DNA of 32,000 nt from an uncultured Candidatus Saccharibacteria bacterium (GTDB lineage: Bacteria; Patescibacteriota; UBA1384; XYA2-FULL-43-10; 1-14-0-10-43-13): contig CAZIYE010000001.1 in the NCBI GenBank assembly GCA_964543385.1, positions 180,001 through 212,000 of the forward strand. Reading direction: 5' to 3'. Each line of letters begins with the position of its first letter. Within the stretch, counting starts at the first letter, position 1. This document shows positions 1 to 7,885 of this stretch, piece after piece. The translations under genes and the position numbers were made by a program. The notes under the pieces were generated by a model that was given only the letters and a program-made list of their open reading frames with translations, was not told where the DNA came from and did not search any database.

Positions 1-38
1 TTTGTTCCTACTTTTAGTAAAATACTTCCCTGCATAAT

Positions 39-68
39 TTGACAATATACTAAAGATACTGCTAATAT
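39..68 (+). promoter_or_regulatory. Candidate sigma70-like promoter for the + strand RNA
   Basis: TTGACA at 39-44, 18-nt spacer, TAATAT at 63-68. Confidence 0.45.
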
Positions 69-72
69 TCAA
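44..72 (-). promoter_or_regulatory. Candidate sigma70-like promoter reading out of the window to the left
   Basis: Minus strand TTGAAT (72-67), 17-nt spacer, TATATT (49-44). Confidence 0.35.
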
Positions 73-74
73 AT

Positions 75-192
75 GTTGAATAAAGTCCTATTGTCTGTGA
101 TCGAAAAACGTTGCCCCTCCTTTCGTTTTGAGATCACAGACGGTACCTACTTTATAAAAGAATTCCGCCGCAAGGTGGAATTCTTTTTTTAT
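75..192 (+). ncRNA. Candidate small RNA (hairpin with C-rich loop plus intrinsic terminator)
   Basis: + strand TTGACA (39-44), 18-nt spacer, TAATAT (63-68). Then inverted repeat GTCTGTGATC (93-102)/GATCACAGAC (132-141) with inner stem AAAACG (105-110)/CGTTTT (124-129) and loop TTGCCCCTCCTTT (111-123). Ends with hairpin AAAGAATTCCGCC-GCAA-GGTGGAATTCTTT followed by a T tract. No convincing coding capacity. Confidence 0.5.
157..190. terminator. Probably bidirectional intrinsic terminator shared by rplK (-) and the candidate sRNA (+)
   Basis: AAAGAATTCCGCC (157-169) / GCAA loop (170-173) / GGTGGAATTCTTT (174-186), followed on + by TTTT; one wobble/mismatch in the stem; A/T tracts on both sides. 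Confidence 0.85.
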
Positions 193-211
193 ATGTATAT
201 TTTTATTCTTA

Positions 212-637
212 CTATTTCTCGATCTCTACGCCCATGCTTCGTGCAGTACCGGCAATAATCTTTTTGGCCGCCTCAATATCATTCGCGTTCAGATCACTCA
301 TCTTAGAATTAGCAATCTCTTCTAACTGACCTTGAGATAGTTTACCGATTTTATTCTTCTTCGAATTATCAGAACCTTTTTCTTTTTTCATGGCCTGCAT
401 TATTAATACTGCTGCAGGTGGTTGCTTCAGGATAAAGCTAAATGTTCTATCTTCGTAGATAGTTATCTCTACTGGAATAATAGTGTTACCCTTATCTTTA
501 GTCTGGTCATTGAACGATTTACAGAATTCCATAATATTCACGCCATGCTGACCCAACGCAGGACCAACAGGAGGCGCTGGATTTGCTTTACCAGCAGGAC
601 ACTGAAGTTTTACTATTGCTTTTATTGCTTTTGCCAT
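212..637 (-). CDS. rplK: 50S ribosomal protein L11
   Basis: Recognisable L11 sequence: [34 protein letters not shown]; C-terminal [14 protein letters not shown]. Confidence 0.97.
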   Translation of the reverse strand: MAKAIKAIVKLQCPAGKANPAPPVGPALGQHGVNIMEFCKSFNDQTKDKGNTIIPVEITIYEDRTFSFILKQPPAAVLIMQAMKKEKGSDNSKKNKIGKLSQGQLEEIANSKMSDLNANDIEAAKKIIAGTARSMGVEIEK

Positions 638-749
638 AATTACCTTTTTGATTATAATCTGAAATTAGAAGCTTAAAAAATTTAGGATTATAACTTAATT
701 ATTCGTTATTTGTTTATTAGTTTGATTGGTTATCTGTATTATTTGGCCA

Positions 750-1391
750 CTACATTTTCTTAACTTGAAGAAAATCAAGGTTTACGGGGGTTTCTCTACC
801 AAACATGTTTACCATAACTTTAAGCTTGCCTTTGTCTTGGTCGACTTCCTCTACTTTGCCCTCAAAACCCTTGAGAGCTCCATCTGTGATTTTTACAAGA
901 TCGCCAACCACAAAATCAATCTGATATTTTGGCTCTTTTACACCCATTCTCTTCTTTAATCTGTCGATTTCTTCCTTAGACATTGGGGTTGGCCTTACGC
1001 CAAAACCAATAAATCCGGTGACGTTTGGTGTATTTCTAACCACATACCAGGAATCATCGGTTACAATCATATCTACCAAAACATATCCTGGAAAAATCTT
1101 CTTTTCTGCAATTTTTCTTTTGCCATTCTTGATTTCGATGGTCTTCTCTTTGGGCACAATCACATCAAAGATCTTGTCTTGCATGTTCATTGATTCAATT
1201 CTCTGTTTTAGAGAATCAGCAACTTGCTCTTCATATCCAGAATAGGTATGAATAACATACCAACTTCGCTCACCGGTCTGCTTCAAAGTAAGAAACTTTT
1301 TACGTTCCTCTTTAACAGTTTCCTCTCCGTCTAGGCTCGCCTCAGCCGAGACTGATGGGCTCTCTTTTTCGATTGTTTTTTCTTCTGTCAT
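750..1391 (-). CDS. nusG: Transcription termination/antitermination protein NusG
   Basis: NGN motif WYVIHTYSGYEEQVADSLKQRI, FPGYVLVDM, and KOW-type segment FVVGDLVKITDGALKGFEGKVEEVD. Confidence 0.96.
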   Translation of the reverse strand: MTEEKTIEKESPSVSAEASLDGEETVKEERKKFLTLKQTGERSWYVIHTYSGYEEQVADSLKQRIESMNMQDKIFDVIVPKEKTIEIKNGKRKIAEKKIFPGYVLVDMIVTDDSWYVVRNTPNVTGFIGFGVRPTPMSKEEIDRLKKRMGVKEPKYQIDFVVGDLVKITDGALKGFEGKVEEVDQDKGKLKVMVNMFGRETPVNLDFLQVKKM

Positions 1392-1398
1392 TTTGCCC

Positions 1399-1596
1399 CT
1401 AACCTCTATTTTGTACTAAGTACTCAACTAATTTTGTTAAACCGAAGTCAATGGCCGAAGTCAAAGCAATTGCAATGGCTGCAGAGACTAAGACAATGAT
1501 CGTATGATTCACCACTTGCTTACCTGTTGGCCAACTAACTTTTTTAAGTTCCGACCATACCCCTTTGAAGTAAGTAACAATATTTAAGTTTTTCAT
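1399..1596 (-). CDS. secE: Preprotein translocase subunit SecE
   Basis: Small single-TM protein with GVWSELKKVSWPTGKQVVNHT motif, directly upstream of nusG. Confidence 0.93.
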   Translation of the reverse strand: MKNLNIVTYFKGVWSELKKVSWPTGKQVVNHTIIVLVSAAIAIALTSAIDFGLTKLVEYLVQNRG

Positions 1597-1598
1597 AA

Positions 1599-1910
1599 TT
1601 AAAGTTTAATTTTTTTGATTGCAACAATTGTGTATTGTTGTCTGTGACCAAGATTTCTCTTGTAATGCTTCTTGGCATGAAATTTTATGCCGGAAACCTT
1701 ATCATCCTTAATGTCTTTCACAATCTCCCCGCTCACAGTTGCTCCGGCAATATATGGATTGCCAACCTTAACATCTTTACCGTCATCAACTAAAAGAATA
1801 TTAGAGAAAACGATTTCCTTATCATCCTCTTGATCAATAAGATCTATCTTATACTCTTTACCTTCTTCTACTCTGTACTGTTTTCCTTTGTAAGAAACGA
1901 TTGCAAACAT
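1599..1910 (-). CDS. rplU: 50S ribosomal protein L21
   Basis: MFAIVSYKGKQYRVEEG start and KKHYKRNLGHRQQYTIVAIKKI C-terminus typical of L21. Confidence 0.95.
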   Translation of the reverse strand: MFAIVSYKGKQYRVEEGKEYKIDLIDQEDDKEIVFSNILLVDDGKDVKVGNPYIAGATVSGEIVKDIKDDKVSGIKFHAKKHYKRNLGHRQQYTIVAIKKIKL

Positions 1911-1924
1911 TATTCTCCTAACTT

Positions 1925-1942
1925 AAAAAAGACCCGAGGTCT
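1925..1942 (-). terminator. Terminator-like hairpin between rodA and rplU, within the rplU leader
   Basis: Minus strand AGACC-TCG-GGTCT followed by TTTTT, immediately upstream of the AGGAG ribosome-binding site of rplU. Confidence 0.6.
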
Positions 1943-1952
1943 ATCTTCAATG

Positions 1953-1980
1953 ATAATATCACAAGGGATAAAAATGTCAA
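1953..1980 (-). promoter_or_regulatory. Candidate promoter for rplU-secE-nusG-rplK
   Basis: Minus strand TTGACA (1980-1975), 16-nt spacer, extended -10 TGaTATTAT (-10 hexamer 1958-1953). Confidence 0.6.
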
Positions 1981-2004
1981 GACTTGTAAGCATTATAATA
2001 ATTC

Positions 2005-3120
2005 CTAAAATGACAATTTTTTATGTCTTATAAAAATACTTTCGACAATCCCGATTGACAAAAAAGAAACAAGCAATGATGTACCACCAGAACTTAAGAA
2101 CGGCAAAGGTATCCCCGTAACAGGCAAAAGACCGAGATTCATGCCGACATTTTCAAGAACTTGAAAGAAGAACATAGCGGCAACGCCAAAAGCAATCAAC
2201 ATACCAAAATTATCTAACGCCAATTGAGCAATGGTAATTATTCTGACGATGAAGTAGCAATAAAGGAAAAGTAATACTATGCAGCCCAAAAAGCCAAAAG
2301 ACTCAGCAATTCCCGCAAAAATAAAATCCGTATGTGCTTCCGGTAAGAATTGAAGCTGACTCTGTGTCCCCTTTCCAAGATTCTTGCCAGTAATACCTCC
2401 GGACCCAATAGTTATTTGGGCTTGTTTGACATTATATCCCCTACCATAGGGGTCCATATTGGGATTCAAAAAAACTTCGATACGTTTACGCTGATAGTCT
2501 TTAAACATCTGCCCAAATGGTTTTATATCTAAATAAGCCAATGCTATTGTCGATATTCCAATCGCGATAGTGACAAAGATAGCTGCAAGTTGGATCTTTG
2601 AAGGTTTTGAAAGTATCAGCATTATAAAATATATAAATACTATTACCATCGCCGTTCCTAGGTCAGGTTCTATTAATATTAGAACGAGTGGCGGCAGAAG
2701 CATCAGTATGGAAACCAATATGTCTCTCCATTTTATTTTGCCTATCTTATCAGAGAAAAAGGTAGCGTATGAGAAAATTAAGCAGATCTTAGCTACTTCC
2801 GATGGCTGAAGCTGGAAAAATTTTAGGTCAATCCAGTTTTCTGCCCCGTTTGCAGTCTTGCCAATAAAATTCACTAATATCAGAAGTATCATCGAGATAA
2901 TATAGAATATCCAAGAAGTTCCACGAAAGAAACGATAGTCTATAAAAGAGACTGCGATCATGGAAACTATCCCAATGCCGCCAATAAGTGCCTGTTTTAA
3001 ACCCAGGCCATCATTTGTTCCACCAAAAACAAGACTATATATCACAGATACACTTACAGCCAGAAAAATAAGGGCAATAATCACTAGAGAATAATCAAAT
3101 GTTTTGATCTTCTTTGACAT
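2005..3120 (-). CDS. rodA: Rod shape-determining / SEDS-family protein (RodA/FtsW-like)
   Basis: Multiple TM segments; GRGYNVKQAQITIGSGGITGKNLGKGTQSQLQFLPEAHTDFIFAGIAESFGFLG and GLLPVTGIPLPFLSSGGTSLL are SEDS signatures. Confidence 0.92.
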   Translation of the reverse strand: MSKKIKTFDYSLVIIALIFLAVSVSVIYSLVFGGTNDGLGLKQALIGGIGIVSMIAVSFIDYRFFRGTSWIFYIISMILLILVNFIGKTANGAENWIDLKFFQLQPSEVAKICLIFSYATFFSDKIGKIKWRDILVSILMLLPPLVLILIEPDLGTAMVIVFIYFIMLILSKPSKIQLAAIFVTIAIGISTIALAYLDIKPFGQMFKDYQRKRIEVFLNPNMDPYGRGYNVKQAQITIGSGGITGKNLGKGTQSQLQFLPEAHTDFIFAGIAESFGFLGCIVLLFLYCYFIVRIITIAQLALDNFGMLIAFGVAAMFFFQVLENVGMNLGLLPVTGIPLPFLSSGGTSLLVSFLSIGIVESIFIRHKKLSF

Positions 3121-3122
3121 AT

Positions 3123-6071
3123 CTATCTATTTATACCTATTACGATCTTGGCACCATCTATATTATACTCTGCCTTGCCTTCAAAATTATTTTCTTCGCC
3201 ATCGTCATGCCAATTTTTGCTATAAGATATGCTGTTAGCCAGAACTTCCTTGGCTACAATTTTCAACTCAATAGCTTTTATCAAATTCTCAGAACTAGTC
3301 TCATAATATACATTTATACGATCCGAGACATTGAAATTTGACTCCTTGCGCAATGATTGAATATTCCTAATAATCTCCCGAGACAAACCCTCTATCTTAA
3401 GATCTTCGGTGATATCGGTATCTAACTCAACAGTATTCACATCACCATCGGAATATCTAACATCTTTTACATTAACCTCTTCGGCAATAATTAATTCTAG
3501 CTCCTTATCCAATTTATCCCCGTGGTAGATCAGGGAATTTAATGGCTGGCGAACTTTTATCTTCGCCTGAGCTCGAGATGACAAACCCATTTCAACTGTC
3601 TTGCGAACCTGTTGCATCTTGATATTCAAACCATCGTCAATCATTTCCAAATTTTCTAATGGATAATTCTCCAGATGCACAGAATTTTTGTTTGTTAAGT
3701 TTCTATAGATCTCATCAGCGATAAATGGTGTAAATGGTGCCAAAAGCTTTGATAATTCAACCAGCACCGTCCAGAGAGTCGCATAGGCGTTATCTTTGTC
3801 TCCATCATTCTCTGATTTCCAGAATCTTTTTCTGGATCGTCTAATATACCAATTTGAGAGATTATCAACAAAAGGCGCAATAAGTCTGGCTGACTTTGTC
3901 AAATCATAGTCTTCCATGTTTTTGTTTATTTCAACAATCAGCTTATTCAACTCAGAGATAATCCATTTGTCCAACAGATTAATCGAACTGTTTTCTGTTG
4001 TCTGTTGTCTGTTGTCTTGAGCCGGTATCCACTGATCGATATTCGCATATAAGACAAAGAATGAATAAGAATTCCAAAGCATCCTAAACATACCGCGTGA
4101 TAATTCTGCCAAATCCTTCTCCGAAAAGTTGAGATTCTCTGCTTGTAAGACGGGAGAATTAAGAATGTATAATCTGACCACATCAGCACCATATTTATCA
4201 AACATTAGCATTGGATCAGGATAATTTTGAAGCTTCTTGGACATCTTTTTACCATCCTCTGCCAAGATAATGCCGGAAACAACTACATTCTTATAAGCAT
4301 TTTTTTGCTTTATTGCCGTTGCCAAAATATGAAGATAGTAAAACCATGCTCTTGTCTGGTCCTGCGCTTCACCAATAAAATCAGCTGGAAAAGTTTCGTC
4401 AAATTTATCAACGTTTTCAAAAGGATAATGAAGTTGAGCATACGGCATCGAGCCAGAATCAAACCAAGTATCTAATACATCTGGAATTCGTTTCATCATG
4501 CCCTTACACTTAGCACAAGGAAAATCTATTTTGTCTACAACATCTTTATGCAAATCGTTAACCTTCTTTCCGCTTGCTTTCTCCAGTTCTTCTACTGATC
4601 CGAAAACCACCATCTCTCCGCAATCATCACATTTCCAGATTGGGATAACAGAAGCCCAAAACCGCTGTCTGGAGATCGACCAGTCTCTAGCACCTTCTAA
4701 CCACTTGCCGAATCTACCATCCTTAATATGCTTTGGCGACCAGTTTATCTCCTTGGCAAGCTTTAAAGCATCATCTTTGATTTCAGTTACCGAAACAAAC
4801 CACGAAGAGGTGGCATAATTCAAAAGCGGCGTATCACATCTCCAACAATGTGGATATGAATGCTCATATTTTTCCTTCGAAAAAAGCAGCCCTCGATGTG
4901 CTAAATCTTTGATAATTTCGATATCGGTTTTCTGTGTGTCATTTATATCTTTGACGTGCATGCCAGCAAAATTGCCAGCTTCTTCATTAATAATTCCGTC
5001 CATACCAACATGCTGAAGGAATGGAAGGTTATTTTTCTTACCGAGCTCCATATCATCTTCACCAAATGCTGGCGCAATATGAACTACCCCCGTTCCGTCC
5101 TCTGTCGTAACAAAATCACCAGCATAGATTTTCCAGCCATTCTCCCTATTTGGTAATTTGGAATCATCAGCATAATAACCAAAAAGTGGTTTATATGATT
5201 TGCCGATTAACTGACTAGATTTAAACTCTTCAACAATCTCATAATTTCTGTCTTTCATGACATCGGCTAGGCGCTCCTTTGCAAGGATATAATTTTCCGT
5301 AACTCCTGACTCATCATTCTTAACTAGAACCTTTACATAATTAATGTCTTTTCCAACCGCCAAGGCGACATTTCCAATCAACGTCCAAGGAGTTGTTGTC
5401 CATGCCAGCACAAATGTCCCTGGCTCATCCACTAGCTCAAATTTTGCAATTGCCGATAAATCTTTAACCAATTTATAGCCTTCGGAGACTTCAGACTGAG
5501 ATAAAGTCGTCTCGCATCTTGGACAGATATGCATTGAACGATAACTTTCATAGATAAGTCCCCTGTCCCAAAGCTCTTTAAAAACCCACCAGACAGATTC
5601 CATATAGGACAGATCCATCGTCTTGTAGGCATTTTCCATATCAGCCCAACGCCCCATTCGACGAATTACTGTCTCCCAGATTGAGGCATATTCCATAACC
5701 TTTGATCTGCAAATAGCGTTGAATTTATCCACACCCAAGTCCAAGATTTCTTTCTTGTGCGTGTATCCAAGTTCTTTTTCGACAATATTTTCGATTGGCA
5801 AACCATGACAATCCCAGCCCCAGCGTCTCGGAACTTTATATCCCTTCATAGTCCAATATCTTGGTACTACATCTTTAGTAATACTCTGCAGAATATGACC
5901 ATAGTGCGGCGTGCCAGTGGCAAATGGAGGACCATCATAGAAGCTGTAAAGCTTTGCATCTTTTCGATTTTCAATAGATTTTTCAAAAGTCTTATTTTCA
6001 TCCCAAAAATCAAGAATTTCTTCTTCAATTTTTGGTAAATTCATCGCTGATTCAACTTCTTTAAATGACAT
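3123..6071 (-). CDS. ileS: Isoleucyl-tRNA synthetase
   Basis: 982 aa; HIGH-like GTPHYGHI, KMSKKLQNYPDP, cysteine pairs HICPRCETTLS and CDDCGEM/CAKCKGMM. Confidence 0.97.
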   Translation of the reverse strand: MSFKEVESAMNLPKIEEEILDFWDENKTFEKSIENRKDAKLYSFYDGPPFATGTPHYGHILQSITKDVVPRYWTMKGYKVPRRWGWDCHGLPIENIVEKELGYTHKKEILDLGVDKFNAICRSKVMEYASIWETVIRRMGRWADMENAYKTMDLSYMESVWWVFKELWDRGLIYESYRSMHICPRCETTLSQSEVSEGYKLVKDLSAIAKFELVDEPGTFVLAWTTTPWTLIGNVALAVGKDINYVKVLVKNDESGVTENYILAKERLADVMKDRNYEIVEEFKSSQLIGKSYKPLFGYYADDSKLPNRENGWKIYAGDFVTTEDGTGVVHIAPAFGEDDMELGKKNNLPFLQHVGMDGIINEEAGNFAGMHVKDINDTQKTDIEIIKDLAHRGLLFSKEKYEHSYPHCWRCDTPLLNYATSSWFVSVTEIKDDALKLAKEINWSPKHIKDGRFGKWLEGARDWSISRQRFWASVIPIWKCDDCGEMVVFGSVEELEKASGKKVNDLHKDVVDKIDFPCAKCKGMMKRIPDVLDTWFDSGSMPYAQLHYPFENVDKFDETFPADFIGEAQDQTRAWFYYLHILATAIKQKNAYKNVVVSGIILAEDGKKMSKKLQNYPDPMLMFDKYGADVVRLYILNSPVLQAENLNFSEKDLAELSRGMFRMLWNSYSFFVLYANIDQWIPAQDNRQQTTENSSINLLDKWIISELNKLIVEINKNMEDYDLTKSARLIAPFVDNLSNWYIRRSRKRFWKSENDGDKDNAYATLWTVLVELSKLLAPFTPFIADEIYRNLTNKNSVHLENYPLENLEMIDDGLNIKMQQVRKTVEMGLSSRAQAKIKVRQPLNSLIYHGDKLDKELELIIAEEVNVKDVRYSDGDVNTVELDTDITEDLKIEGLSREIIRNIQSLRKESNFNVSDRINVYYETSSENLIKAIELKIVAKEVLANSISYSKNWHDDGEENNFEGKAEYNIDGAKIVIGINR

Positions 6072-6278
6072 TTTGTCTCCTTTAACAAAAAAATGGCCCG
6101 ATAATATATTAATTATATATTAAGGCCGCTTATTATATAAGTGAGGTACCAGCCAAAAACATTCTTGATTTTAGTGATTACGGACACCGACCGAGGAGTT
6201 CTAGTTTTCCAATAATAGGAATTTCTTCTCCTAGCGTAACCAAAAGTGGTTTCGTCTGTTGATATCAGACTATGACGC
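6069..6278 (-). promoter_or_regulatory. Structured 5' leader of ileS, T-box-like riboswitch candidate
   Basis: On the minus strand: TATAAT-like box, then three-way-junction-like element (GCGT 6278-6275/ACGC 6237-6234; GTCTG-ATATCAA-CAGAC 6270-6254 with AUC in the loop; AACCA-CTTT-TGGTT 6251-6238), AGGAG/CTCCT helix, T-box core TGGTACC (6151-6145), then terminator hairpin and RBS. Confidence 0.4.
6087..6127 (-). terminator. Intrinsic terminator hairpin in the ileS leader
   Basis: Minus strand GGCC-TTAATATATAATTAATATATTATCG-GGCC with inner TAATATAT/ATATATTA pairing, followed by ATTTTTTT; lies a few nt upstream of AAAGGAG. Confidence 0.65.
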
Positions 6279-6400
6279 TTATATTATAAATTGAGCTTAC
6301 AATAATTATTTAGATATTTCAATATAAAATAACTACTTACTTTTATCAGCGTTATAATTAAGATCTATAGTTTGATAACCAGAATCATATCCTAATCGAT

Positions 6401-6450
6401 CCAAGATCCCTGCTTTCCTGCCTGCCGGCAGGCATGGCGCAGGTATGACA
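6401..6450. repeat. REP-like nested palindromic intergenic repeat
   Basis: Perfect 16-bp palindrome TGCCTGCCGGCAGGCA (6419-6434) nested in outer CCTGC (6409-6413)/GCAGG (6439-6443) arms. Confidence 0.6.
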
Positions 6451-6518
6451 GCGGATAGTTATAATATTATTTTCTTTCCATGAAGATCTATATTGCCACA
6501 TTTCTGAATATCGCATAC

Positions 6519-7073
6519 TTAAAATCCATTTCCAACTCTAAATGTCATTTTATATGTACTTGTAGGACCATATGTAGTATTTACGCCGCTATCACTGGCA
6601 TCATCCCAATCATCACTATTATTATCTACAACATTCTCTAGCTTTGCATATATAGATGTAAGGGTTGTACTAGCCCTAAACATATATCTATATAATCCAG
6701 TGTTTATTGGATCTTTCATTTCACGTGGCAAGGTGCCGTCATTAACAAGACCAGTACAAAGAGATTCATAAGGAGCATAATTGTAATTGAAAAATCCCCC
6801 AGTGCCAGTGCCAGCAGAGCCATAGCCAAATATCACATAAGTCCCTGTTCTTTCATGATTTCTGACTTGGAGCGCTTTAAATATTTGTCTCAAATCACTC
6901 TTACGGACAGTGTCTCTGGCTTTAGATGTTTGATTTGTATAACCTACAACACTCACAGCAGCTAATATGCCGATGATAACTATTACTATTATAAGTTCTA
7001 CAAGTGTAAAACCCTTTGATTTCTTAAACATTATCCCCTCCGATATGTGTACAGAAATATTATACCTCAACAA
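6519..7073 (-). CDS. Type IV prepilin-like protein, copy A (likely true start at 7031, MFKKSKGFTLVEL)
   Basis: Class III prepilin cleavage motif KG|FTLVE and hydrophobic N-helix; GGAGGGG ribosome-binding site upstream of the internal ATG. Confidence 0.9.
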   Translation of the reverse strand: MLRYNISVHISEGIMFKKSKGFTLVELIIVIVIIGILAAVSVVGYTNQTSKARDTVRKSDLRQIFKALQVRNHERTGTYVIFGYGSAGTGTGGFFNYNYAPYESLCTGLVNDGTLPREMKDPINTGLYRYMFRASTTLTSIYAKLENVVDNNSDDWDDASDSGVNTTYGPTSTYKMTFRVGNGF

Positions 7074-7247
7074 CCTTGTTTCTGGAAGTAAGCCCCTTGA
7101 TTACCCTTATAGAACTCTTTGGTATCTTATAATAATTTGACAACGCATCTATTACTTCTAAACTGGCTTCACCTCGAAAAGGTTTTCCCTTAACCCAAAC
7201 CTTCAAACTACCATCATTATTCTTATCGACTTTAGCTATTTTTGCAT
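6598..7247. repeat. 650-bp exact direct repeat, copy A
   Basis: Line-by-line comparison shows identity with 7410-8059 (offset 812 bp) and sharp mismatches at both ends. Confidence 0.97.
7060..7247 (-). pseudogene. Truncated DUF167/YggU-family gene fragment (lacks the first ~10 codons)
   Basis: Identical to the 3' part of the intact gene at 7872-8087; homology stops at 7247 and the adjoining sequence does not restore an ORF start. Confidence 0.85.
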
Positions 7248-7257
7248 ATCTAGCCCT

Positions 7258-7276
7258 ACTTTCTCTTGGAGAAAGT
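7258..7276. repeat. Short perfect hairpin between the repeat copies
   Basis: ACTTTCTC-TTG-GAGAAAGT. Confidence 0.6.
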
Positions 7277-7330
7277 ATAGATCAACTCTGCTCTATAATT
7301 GCATATCTACAAGAATCATAAATTCTACAG

Positions 7331-7885
7331 TTAGAATCCATTCCCAATTCTAAAATTCATTTTGAAGCTGCTTGCAGGACCGTAACCTGTATATGCACCA
7401 CTAGAGCTAGCATCATCCCAATCATCACTATTATTATCTACAACATTCTCTAGCTTTGCATATATAGATGTAAGGGTTGTACTAGCCCTAAACATATATC
7501 TATATAATCCAGTGTTTATTGGATCTTTCATTTCACGTGGCAAGGTGCCGTCATTAACAAGACCAGTACAAAGAGATTCATAAGGAGCATAATTGTAATT
7601 GAAAAATCCCCCAGTGCCAGTGCCAGCAGAGCCATAGCCAAATATCACATAAGTCCCTGTTCTTTCATGATTTCTGACTTGGAGCGCTTTAAATATTTGT
7701 CTCAAATCACTCTTACGGACAGTGTCTCTGGCTTTAGATGTTTGATTTGTATAACCTACAACACTCACAGCAGCTAATATGCCGATGATAACTATTACTA
7801 TTATAAGTTCTACAAGTGTAAAACCCTTTGATTTCTTAAACATTATCCCCTCCGATATGTGTACAGAAATATTATACCTCAACAA
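7331..7885 (-). CDS. Type IV prepilin-like protein, copy B (likely true start at 7843)
   Basis: Same as copy A except for the C-terminal ~27 codons; KG|FTLVE motif. Confidence 0.9.
   Translation of the reverse strand: MLRYNISVHISEGIMFKKSKGFTLVELIIVIVIIGILAAVSVVGYTNQTSKARDTVRKSDLRQIFKALQVRNHERTGTYVIFGYGSAGTGTGGFFNYNYAPYESLCTGLVNDGTLPREMKDPINTGLYRYMFRASTTLTSIYAKLENVVDNNSDDWDDASSSGAYTGYGPASSFKMNFRIGNGF

Noticed and set aside
73-258. 61-aa + strand ORF over the candidate sRNA
   Set aside because: It runs through the sRNA stem-loop and terminator and overlaps rplK; composition is not protein-like and no clear RBS is present.
6234-6278. tRNA gene in the ileS leader (5-bp stem with 7-nt loop inside a multi-helix element)
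   Set aside because: No TTCGA-type T arm, no 7-bp acceptor stem and no CCA-adjacent structure; the loop would give an implausible anticodon. The T-box-like reading fits position and content better.
6519-7412. Diversity-generating retroelement (variable pilin C-terminus next to an identical segment)
   Set aside because: The ~24 differences in the terminal 82 bp involve all bases, not mainly template adenines (only about 9 fall at A positions of copy A), and no reverse transcriptase or accessory gene is present in the window.
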